In this document: positions 17,126 through 24,842 of the stretch, piece after piece | How positions within the stretch are numbered: the first letter of the stretch is position 1 | Layout of the letters: every line of letters starts with the position of its first letter | DNA from: Armatimonadota bacterium | GTDB taxonomy: Bacteria; Armatimonadota; Armatimonadia; Armatimonadales; Armatimonadaceae | DNA: 32,105 bases | Assembly (NCBI GenBank): GCA_043754515.1 | Contig: JAYUUO010000189.1 | Span: forward strand, 1-32,105 | Reading direction: 5' to 3' | Made by a program: the position numbers and the translations under genes | The notes under the pieces: model-generated | Databases searched by the model: none | Told to the model about the DNA's origin: nothing | Seen by the model: the letters and a program-made list of their open reading frames with translations, nothing else

Positions 17126-19897
17126 ATGAACACATCTTCCTTCTTTATATCGGACCCGCGTTGCGACGCGCGGGTCAACCCGCTCGGCACCGGCAGCGAC
17201 GCCCCCCGCTTCTCCTGGAAATTAAGCGCGACCGATCCCGACCGGCGCGGGCTTCGGCAGACCGCGTACCGCCTCCGGGCGGCGTTCGACCCGACCCTCC
17301 TCGCGGCGGGCGCGACAGCCGATCTTTTCGATTCCGGCATGGTGACGACCGGTGACTCGGTGAACATCCTGTACGCGGGTAGGCCGCTCGCGTCGCGGGA
17401 GCGGGCCTACTGGAACGTGTCCGTCACAAACGAGACGGGCGAGACGGCGACGTCAGAGACCGCGTTCTGGGAAGTGGGCCTACTCGCCGCAGACGACTGG
17501 CGGGGCGCGGCATGGGTCGGCGGCACACTCACGGGCGGGTCGCACACCCCCGCCCCTCCGCCATACCTGCGGAAGACCTTCACACTCAACTCTGTCCCGG
17601 AGGACGCGCGGCTCTACATCACCGCGCTGGGGGTTTACGAAGCCTATATTAACGGCACGCGCGTCGGGGACGATATATTCTCGCCGGGCTGGACGGATTA
17701 TAACAAGCGCGTTCAGTACCAGACATACGACGTCACGGGTCTGCTACGGGCGGGCGAGAACGTGCTCGCGGCGGTGCTCGGCGACGGCTGGTACTGCGGC
17801 CACGTCGGCTGGAGGGCGCGGCAGGAATACGGGGATAGCCCGGCACTTCTGGCGACGCTGGTCGCGGGTGAAACCGTGATTTCTACGGACGAGACATGGC
17901 GCACGGCGACCGGTTCCATTCTCGAGTCCGACATGCTGATGGGCGAGTCGTGCGACGCGCGGCGCGAGCCGACCGGGTGGGTGGAATCGGGGTTCGCCCC
18001 CGGCGACGCATGGCAGGTGGTAGTACCACGCGCTGACCCCGGCATCGAGCGCAGCCCCATGCTCGCGCCCGCCGTTCGCGTTTCCGAGGAGATCGCGCCT
18101 ATCGGCGATCCTCGGGAGATCCACGGCCTGCCCGCGCGGACATATATCTACGACTTCGGGCAAAATCTGGTCGGCAGAGCGCGTCTGACGATCAAAGGGA
18201 ACGCGGGTACTACCGTGCGCCTCCGCTTCGCCGAGGTGCTAGAAGGCGGCCCCGCCATGACCACGAAAGGATCGCTGTACCTCGCGAATCTGCGCGGCGC
18301 GCGGGCGACCGACTACTACACGCTGAAGGGTGACCCCGATGGCGAAACCTGGGAGCCGCGCTTCACGTTCCACGGCTTCCGCTTCGCCGAGCTGAGCATC
18401 TCCGAGCCAACCCACCCGGCGGCGCGGACAGGAACCGCGCCGATGCCTCCGGACCGGGGCACGCTGACTGCCATCGTGCTTCATTCCGACATTGCGCGCA
18501 CCGGCGACTTCGAGTGCTCCGACCCGTTGATCAATCAGTTGCAAAAAAACATTGATTGGGGACAGCGCGGTAACTTCCTGGAGGTGCCGACTGACTGCCC
18601 GCAACGCGACGAGCGGCTCGGATGGACGGGGGACGCACAGGTGTTTGTCCGCACCGCCGCGTGGAACCGCGACGTACAGGCGTTCTTCCACAAATGGCAA
18701 CGCGACCTGTCCGACTCCCAGGATGCGAGCGGGAGTATCCCCTCGGTCGTACCGAACATCGCCCAGCTTGGTGGCGACGGCGGCCCCGCGTGGGCGGACG
18801 CGGTCGTCATCTGCCCCTGGACGCTGTACCAGTGCTACGGCGATGCCGCGATACTTGAGGAAAGCTACGACTCGCTGACGCGCTTCATGGAGTCGCTTTC
18901 GGTCGTGAACAGCCGGGATCACATCCGCTCGTACGAAGGCATGTCTGGCCACCGGGGGTACGGCGACTGGCTCGCGCAGGACGGCACGGGGAAGGTAGAC
19001 GGCGGCACGCCCAAGGACTTGATCGGGACCGCTTTCGTGGCGTATGACGCGCATCTGATGGCGAAGATCGCCCGTGTTCTCGGCAAAACCGACGATGCCG
19101 CGAAGTACAAGACGCTGTTTGAAACCGTTCGCGTTGCGTTCCAGCGGCGGTACGTCACGCCTGACGGTCTGGTGTATCCCGGCACACAAACGGCATACGT
19201 GCTCGCGCTCCATTTCGGTTTGCTTCCAGAAAACGCACGCGGGGGGGCACTCGCGGCACTTATCGCGGACATCAAAGGTCGCGGGGATAAACTGACCACG
19301 GGGTTCGTCGGCTCGCCGTACCTGCCGCACGTCCTTTCCGACAACGGTCGCGCCGACATCGCGTTCAAACTACTGCACCAGAAAAACTGGCCCTCGTACC
19401 TGTACGCCGTCACGCAGGGCGCGACCACGATCTGGGAGCGGTGGGACGGCTGGACGCATGATAAAGGCTTCCAGGACGCCGGCATGAACTCGTTCAACCA
19501 CTACGCGTACGGGGCGATCGGGGCGTGGCTGTACCAGCGCGTCGCCGGGATTGACCTGGACGAAGCCGCGCCCGGCTACAAGTACATCATACTCAAACCG
19601 ATCCCGTTCGGGAGCGGCTTGACGTACGCCCGCGCCCATCTAGAAACCGTGTACGGGCGGGTCGAGAGCGTGTGGAAACTTGCGGAGGATGGCGCGTTCT
19701 CGTGGGACATCATCGTCCCCGCGAACACCAGCGCGGTAGCGACGCTCCCAGACGGCGTCGTCGTTGACGCGGCGACCGAAAGCGGTAAGCCGCTCTCCGA
19801 GGCGTCGGGGGTTAGCGTCGGGAAGGGCGGAGTGTTATCCCTGGTTCCCGGCAGTTACCACTTCGTCATGCCGGGGAGCGAAAAGAGCGAGAAGTAG
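17126..19897 (+). CDS. Alpha-L-rhamnosidase (GH78)
   Basis: PRFSW, ALGVYEAYING, PGWTDY, YDFGQNLVG, PRFTFHGFRF, PTDCPQRDERLGWTGD, GATTIWERWD and MNSFNHYAYG; no signal peptide. Confidence 0.95.
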   Translation: MNTSSFFISDPRCDARVNPLGTGSDAPRFSWKLSATDPDRRGLRQTAYRLRAAFDPTLLAAGATADLFDSGMVTTGDSVNILYAGRPLASRERAYWNVSVTNETGETATSETAFWEVGLLAADDWRGAAWVGGTLTGGSHTPAPPPYLRKTFTLNSVPEDARLYITALGVYEAYINGTRVGDDIFSPGWTDYNKRVQYQTYDVTGLLRAGENVLAAVLGDGWYCGHVGWRARQEYGDSPALLATLVAGETVISTDETWRTATGSILESDMLMGESCDARREPTGWVESGFAPGDAWQVVVPRADPGIERSPMLAPAVRVSEEIAPIGDPREIHGLPARTYIYDFGQNLVGRARLTIKGNAGTTVRLRFAEVLEGGPAMTTKGSLYLANLRGARATDYYTLKGDPDGETWEPRFTFHGFRFAELSISEPTHPAARTGTAPMPPDRGTLTAIVLHSDIARTGDFECSDPLINQLQKNIDWGQRGNFLEVPTDCPQRDERLGWTGDAQVFVRTAAWNRDVQAFFHKWQRDLSDSQDASGSIPSVVPNIAQLGGDGGPAWADAVVICPWTLYQCYGDAAILEESYDSLTRFMESLSVVNSRDHIRSYEGMSGHRGYGDWLAQDGTGKVDGGTPKDLIGTAFVAYDAHLMAKIARVLGKTDDAAKYKTLFETVRVAFQRRYVTPDGLVYPGTQTAYVLALHFGLLPENARGGALAALIADIKGRGDKLTTGFVGSPYLPHVLSDNGRADIAFKLLHQKNWPSYLYAVTQGATTIWERWDGWTHDKGFQDAGMNSFNHYAYGAIGAWLYQRVAGIDLDEAAPGYKYIILKPIPFGSGLTYARAHLETVYGRVESVWKLAEDGAFSWDIIVPANTSAVATLPDGVVVDAATESGKPLSEASGVSVGKGGVLSLVPGSYHFVMPGSEKSEK

Positions 19898-19937
19898 GAG
19901 CCCCGCGCCTGTACGAAAGATTGCGGCACGACGTATT

Positions 19938-20690
19938 CTACGGCGCGATCGCCGAGAAATCACTACCGACTAAACTGGAAGGCTTCCGCCATTTCGCGGA
20001 GCCGTCATAGCGCAGTGTCACGAAGCCGTCGTTGTGACGGAGCGGGTAGTGCGTGTGCTTCGTGTCCGTGCTGACGGGGAACGCCTTCCAGGGGAGGTTC
20101 GGGTTGTGTGGCAGGACTTGCGTGTCGGCGCAACCAGGGGTACGGGCGTGCTCCCACACCTGCATCACCGACGAGTTCACTACGTCGGAATCCGGCCTGC
20201 ACATTGGCCCGTCGGTGACGTAGCTCATCGCGTATCCGACCTGTCCGTCATAGCCGGGGCTGTGGAATATCTCGAACGATTTGAAATACGGAAGCAAAAC
20301 GCCCGACTTCGGGCCGGGATAATAGGCGGAAGGCGGTAGCGCGGGTTCCACCGGCTTGCTAACGTCGAACGGTGCCCACCACGTCTCGTTCGCGCCGGTG
20401 GAGGTGGTCGGCGAGGATCCCGCGCAGAGCGAATCGGCGGGCGTGTCCGGGCAGGAGCGGTAGCGCGGGTTAGTGCTATCGTAGTCGCCCCGGTACATTG
20501 CGATGGCGAGGCCGATCTGTCGCAGGTTCGCGATAGAACTCGCCTTGCGGGCGTTCGCCCGCACCGCCGCGAACACGGGGAACAGGGTGGCTACGAGGAG
20601 CGAGATAATGACAACCACGACGAGCAACTCGATCAGCGTGAATGCCAAAGTTGTTGAGGGAGTACCGCGCCGGGCTTTCTGAGCATGCAT
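19938..20690 (-). CDS. Prepilin-type N-terminal cleavage/methylation protein with DUF1559-like body and H-X9-DG motif
   Basis: AFTLIELLVVVVII...FPVF..VR.NARK....NLRQIG.A..MY..DYD; C-terminal HNDGFVTLRYDG. Confidence 0.88.
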   Translation of the reverse strand: MHAQKARRGTPSTTLAFTLIELLVVVVIISLLVATLFPVFAAVRANARKASSIANLRQIGLAIAMYRGDYDSTNPRYRSCPDTPADSLCAGSSPTTSTGANETWWAPFDVSKPVEPALPPSAYYPGPKSGVLLPYFKSFEIFHSPGYDGQVGYAMSYVTDGPMCRPDSDVVNSSVMQVWEHARTPGCADTQVLPHNPNLPWKAFPVSTDTKHTHYPLRHNDGFVTLRYDGSAKWRKPSSLVGSDFSAIAP

Positions 20691-20696
20691 GGCCGG

Positions 20697-20987
20697 CTAA
20701 TCGCCCGCTTCCCGATGCGTGTCTAAACTGCTGAGAAGATCGTTCGCGCGACGCAGATTTGCTAGGATGTCGGCTATAATCGCCGCGCGGTGTTCCAGTT
20801 TCATCGAGATGCACTTCGCCGCCATGAGCGAGGACAGATTGATGTCGGTCGTCACGCGGCGCGACGCTGGATTCAGCCGGGCTTTTACCATACTGCCACG
20901 CTGAGTGCGCGACGCATGCCGACTACCCCGTGTGTTACTGACAGCGTACCTCCCTAGCTTAGTAGCAAGCAGATTGTTTTCAGTCAT
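20697..20987 (-). CDS. Small hypothetical protein
   Basis: 96-codon ORF ending 6 nt before the prepilin-like gene on the same strand; no recognisable motif. Confidence 0.35.
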   Translation of the reverse strand: MTENNLLATKLGRYAVSNTRGSRHASRTQRGSMVKARLNPASRRVTTDINLSSLMAAKCISMKLEHRAAIIADILANLRRANDLLSSLDTHREAGD

Positions 20988-21093
20988 ACGAACTGTTACC
21001 TTATCGGATTGAGTGAGCCATTATGTGCCAGCGGCGGCCACATCCCACCCTGCTATATCCGATGCGTATCGGACTGTGATTCAGCCGTGTCAT

Positions 21094-21352
21094 TAGGGCG
21101 ATTGCATCATTGTCCTCTTGCATTCCCCTTGAATTATCCGCGCGGGTCTCTCCCGCCCGCGTCGGGGCGCGGTCCGTGGTCACGCGGGTCTCGCCCCGCG
21201 CTGGCACGCGGGTATTCGCGCCACGTCTATAGGCTCCTCCGGAGCCGTCCATCCTTCGGACGTTAGAGGAACCTATTTAATCCCCGGCGCGAGCCAACAT
21301 CCTTGACCTGAGGGGGTCGCGCAACCAACGAAACTATAATGCAATCGCCCTA
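21094..21352 (+). mobile_element. Non-autonomous MITE copy 3 (ISAs1-like termini), 259 bp
   Basis: Perfect 14-bp terminal repeat tagggcgattgcat/atgcaatcgcccta (17/20 when extended); 10-bp flanking direct repeat gccgtgtcat (21084-21093) / gccgtgtcgt (21353-21362), 9/10. Confidence 0.85.
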
Positions 21353-21386
21353 GCCGTGTCGTCAACTCCGCGCGCAAAGAGGGATC

Positions 21387-22166
21387 CTAGTGCGTGCTGA
21401 TACTCGACAGGGTGATCTCGATGTCCTCGCGGTTCTCGATCCGGTCAATCTGACCGTCATTAACCCATACCACGCGGTCTGAGACGTTCAGCATACGCGG
21501 ATCGTGTGTCGCCGAGATGATCGTCACGCCCTCTTCTTTGTTTAGCTCGCGTAGCAGTCCGATGATCTCCAGTCCCGTTTTAGCGTCGAGGTTCGCGGTC
21601 GGTTCGTCGGCGAGGATTATGGACGGGCGGTTCGCCAGGCTCCGCGCGATCGCGACGCGCTGTTGCTGGCCACCAGAAAGTTGCGACGGCTTGTTGTGTA
21701 AGCGGTGCCCGAGTCCCACGCGCTCTAGAATCTCCATCGCGCGTGCGGTCCCCTCTTCGGCGGGCATCCCGGCGAAAATGGTAGGCAGTTGGACGTTTTC
21801 GAGAGCGGTCATCGTCGTCAGCAGGTTGTACGACTGGAAAATATAGCCGATGTTGTGGCAACGCAGGAACGCCATCTCGGACTCGCCTAGCTGCGCGATG
21901 TCGGAGTCGGCGATAAAGATAGAGCCGCTATTCGGGCGGTCAATCCCGCCGATCATGTTGAAGAACGTGGACTTGCCCGACCCGGACGGGCCCATGATCG
22001 AGATATACTCGCCGCGCCGAATATCGAGCGATATTCCCTTCAGGGCGCGCACGACCTCCGTGCCCATCTTGAACTCTTTGACCACGTCGCGGGCGCGAAC
22101 CACATACTCAGTTCGCACATCGCCGCCCGCGCGGACTTTAGTCGTCGGTGCTTCCGTCATTGCCAT
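21387..22166 (-). CDS. ABC transporter ATP-binding protein (LolD/MacB-type)
   Basis: Walker A GPSGSGKST, IGYIFQSYNL, signature LSGGQQQRVAIAR, Walker B ILADEPTANLD, H-loop ATHD. Confidence 0.96.
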   Translation of the reverse strand: MAMTEAPTTKVRAGGDVRTEYVVRARDVVKEFKMGTEVVRALKGISLDIRRGEYISIMGPSGSGKSTFFNMIGGIDRPNSGSIFIADSDIAQLGESEMAFLRCHNIGYIFQSYNLLTTMTALENVQLPTIFAGMPAEEGTARAMEILERVGLGHRLHNKPSQLSGGQQQRVAIARSLANRPSIILADEPTANLDAKTGLEIIGLLRELNKEEGVTIISATHDPRMLNVSDRVVWVNDGQIDRIENREDIEITLSSISTH

Positions 22167-22185
22167 AGTAGTAAACCTTTATGCG

Positions 22186-22836
22186 TCACACATCAATGCG
22201 GAGCGCGGCGGCGGGAGGGATGCTCGCCGCCTGCCGCGCCGGAATATAGGTCGCGATGGCGGACAGTACCGCGCCGACCGGGATACAGAAAAGGAACGAG
22301 TGCAAAAAATCAACGCCATGGAGCGAGCCGTACCAGACCGTTCCGGCAGGTGCTTCTTTAGGCACGCCCGCGATCATTTTCACCAGCACGATCGCGCCGG
22401 TACCCACGACCCAGCCGATCGCGGACGCGATCAGCCCCATCATGACAGACTCGATCATGAAGATGCGCACCACGAACGCGTCCAGCGCGCCGAGACATTT
22501 CATCGTGCCGATCTCCCGGAACCGCTCCGAAACACTCATCAGCATCGCGTTCGTGATCCCGACCGTGCAGACCAGGAGCGAGAGGCCGATCAGCCAGTTG
22601 GAGCGGGCCTCCTCGGACGCGTCCACTTTGCCCGCGATCGCTTTCGAGATCAGCACCGACGCTAAAAACGCGATGCCGAGCGCGACCCCGCCCGCCGTGA
22701 TCAGCGAGCGGCCGAAACGGATGCGGATCGAACCCAGCGCGAACTGGAACGATTTACCCCACGGCAGTTGCGGTTGCGAGTAGACTTTCTCTTTCCGCTC
22801 CGGCCCCTTGGCCCCGTCTGTGATTGTTACACTCAT
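22186..22836 (-). CDS. Small FtsX-like ABC permease, essentially lacking an extracytoplasmic domain
   Basis: RSLITAGGVALGIAF, GITNAMLMSVSERFREIGTMKCLGA and YIPARQAASIPPAAALR. Confidence 0.9.
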   Translation of the reverse strand: MSVTITDGAKGPERKEKVYSQPQLPWGKSFQFALGSIRIRFGRSLITAGGVALGIAFLASVLISKAIAGKVDASEEARSNWLIGLSLLVCTVGITNAMLMSVSERFREIGTMKCLGALDAFVVRIFMIESVMMGLIASAIGWVVGTGAIVLVKMIAGVPKEAPAGTVWYGSLHGVDFLHSFLFCIPVGAVLSAIATYIPARQAASIPPAAALRIDV

Positions 22837-22844
22837 AGTTAATT

Positions 22845-23291
22845 TTATACCGCCCGCTTGCGCGTCGCCTTCGCCCCCGCCGCGTTCGATTTCGTCGGCG
22901 ACCGGGTCGCCACGAGTCGCCGCTCGGCGAGCATCCGCAGGTACGCCGTCACCGACACTTCCGCCTGCCGTTTATTGAGCCGGTACGACATCCCAATCGC
23001 CTTCGCTATCGTCTCCACGGTGTGCGACCCGTCGCACATCTCCCAAACGTCGGAGCCGATCTCATCCAGCTCCACCTTCTTGAAATCAGGGACGGTTAGC
23101 CACTTAGCCACCAGGTCTGCCCAGCGTCCGCGCAGGCGCGGGATGCGTAGCAGTGCCACGAGTGCCTCGTCCGAGCGGCGCGGCTCCCGCGCCCATTCCA
23201 CCTTCGGGTTGCGCTGAGGCCGCACGCAGAGCATCTGCTCCCGCGTGATCTTTGGCTTCCCGGCAATTCTTTCCTTTAATGCTTCTAACAT
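22845..23291 (-). CDS. Stand-alone PqqD-family / RiPP recognition element-like protein
   Basis: VELDEIGSDVWEMCDGSHTVETIAKAI...VTAYLRMLAERRLV matches the PqqD winged-helix pattern (L...G..IW...DG..TV..I......FL..L....LI). Confidence 0.8.
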   Translation of the reverse strand: MLEALKERIAGKPKITREQMLCVRPQRNPKVEWAREPRRSDEALVALLRIPRLRGRWADLVAKWLTVPDFKKVELDEIGSDVWEMCDGSHTVETIAKAIGMSYRLNKRQAEVSVTAYLRMLAERRLVATRSPTKSNAAGAKATRKRAV

Positions 23292-23301
23292 AGCACAATA
23301 C

Positions 23302-23820
23302 CTATTTCAGTTCGACCAGAACGTTTTTAACCCTTACATCGCGGGAGGAGTCCGTCTCGCCCAGTGTCAGCATCCCCCACGGATACCTCAGAGACTCCAT
23401 CTTCTTATTCCTATCCACTTCCTGGTGATATATATGTATCATTTCGTCATTAGGCGAGGCGCATTTGTCCCATACCCAGAGGCTTATCCATATCATTTTG
23501 TCGTTTTCAAAGTCCAGAGAACATTGCAACTTCAGATCATTTACCTTGATGCGCTTGAGTATAAATTTATGGTATCTTTTCAACTCGTAGACCGCTAGTT
23601 CCGATACGTACCTGTCCTCGTTTTCCGACAAGTAGATGGTGATAAAGTCGTTACGGTAGGCCTTCTTGTACCATGAACGCAACGCTAATACATCGCGCGT
23701 TGTCATGTCCGCCGAAACAGTAATCCCATCCCAGACGAGAACTGGCCTCGGCGTGAGCGTCAGCCGGAACTTCTCTGGTGCCAGATTTAGGTACTCCGCG
23801 AAGGGCATGTAGCGCGTCAT
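23302..23820 (-). CDS. Hypothetical protein, AT-rich relative to its flanks
   Basis: 172-codon ORF filling the gap between operon genes (6 and 10 nt spacers); rich in K, Y, I and N; visibly lower GC. Confidence 0.65.
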   Translation of the reverse strand: MTRYMPFAEYLNLAPEKFRLTLTPRPVLVWDGITVSADMTTRDVLALRSWYKKAYRNDFITIYLSENEDRYVSELAVYELKRYHKFILKRIKVNDLKLQCSLDFENDKMIWISLWVWDKCASPNDEMIHIYHQEVDRNKKMESLRYPWGMLTLGETDSSRDVRVKNVLVELK

Positions 23821-23826
23821 CGTTTA

Positions 23827-24819
23827 CTATCGCTGTTCCCCAGTCGCCGCCGCTATTCCCCCCACCAGGTCGGCCTCGCCGCGCGGACGCCGCGCCCCGA
23901 CCAGGTAGATTTTGTTCGCCGGTTCGTCCTCCCACGCCACGCCCGAATAGCGCGTCGCGGGTCTCTGGAACCGCGTCGCTTCCCGGACCGCCTCGATCAT
24001 CGGCTGACCGAACGCCGGCCCTCCCTGATAGGTCACCGCCGCGTTCCCCCGCACCTGCCCCTCCGATACGGTGTAGCGTGCCTCGGTTAGTTCCCCTTTG
24101 GCGTTCGCCGCGACCCAGTCATCGAGATACGCCTGTTTGCGTGCCACGTTGGCGACCGCCCATTGCTCGACCGAAAGCCGCGTCGTGCCACGCGCGAACG
24201 AGAGGCGCAGGTACACGTTCATCAGTTGCGCGGCTCGGAGCGCGAAATCCGACGGCACCACCGTATTCAGATCATAGATCGCCCAGACTCGCTTGCCGTC
24301 CTCCCGGTCGTGGCACTCGATGGACCCGAGGATCGCGTCCGCCAGCCCGACCACGCCCCCCTTGCCGGAGATCTCCCCGGTCACCTGCGCGATAGTGACG
24401 CGGTGGCACCGACCGCAGTACCAGATCGCGCCGACCCCGCGCTTGTCGCCCGTCCAGGTGAACCCGGTCGCGACACGCTCCGGATGATCGCGCAATACCC
24501 CGCGCGGCGCGTCCGCGTTCTTCGTGGTCACGGCGATCTTCTTTTTCTTCGCCGTTTCCCGGAGCAGACGGAAGTACGACTCGCGCCGCGCCTCGACATC
24601 GGGCGGCTTGATCGCGCCCGGCTTCGCCCAAGGGAGAAGACTCGTCGGCAACTTCTCCGTCGCCCACTTGAGTTCTAGGGCCAGGTTCTCGCCGTCGTCC
24701 GCCCGGAAATACCCCTCGCCCTCGCCGCCCGAGTAGCCCGTCAGGTCCCACTCGTCCGGCACGCGCACCGTGTAGCCCTGCCACCCGATCAGTTTCCGGT
24801 ATTTGCCCTGCTCCCCCAC
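23827..24819 (-). CDS. Hypothetical soluble protein of the ABC/OPT/PqqD operon
   Basis: Long GC3-rich ORF with GWQG..VRVP.EWD and WYCGRCHR. The likely start is GTG at 24819, because the longer 24921 start overlaps the upstream gene. Confidence 0.75.
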   Translation of the reverse strand: MGEQGKYRKLIGWQGYTVRVPDEWDLTGYSGGEGEGYFRADDGENLALELKWATEKLPTSLLPWAKPGAIKPPDVEARRESYFRLLRETAKKKKIAVTTKNADAPRGVLRDHPERVATGFTWTGDKRGVGAIWYCGRCHRVTIAQVTGEISGKGGVVGLADAILGSIECHDREDGKRVWAIYDLNTVVPSDFALRAAQLMNVYLRLSFARGTTRLSVEQWAVANVARKQAYLDDWVAANAKGELTEARYTVSEGQVRGNAAVTYQGGPAFGQPMIEAVREATRFQRPATRYSGVAWEDEPANKIYLVGARRPRGEADLVGGIAAATGEQR

Positions 24820-24842
24820 AGGCGCGGGCGCGGCGGGCGCGG

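Noticed and set aside
16729..17135. Short ORFs in the 16.7-17.1 kb, 2.05-2.38 kb and 21.0-21.3 kb gaps
   Set aside because: They have low-complexity R/P/G/A translations and are better explained by the non-coding MITEs.
18239..19330. 363-aa minus-strand ORF
   Set aside because: It is an antisense shadow of the well-supported GH78 gene.
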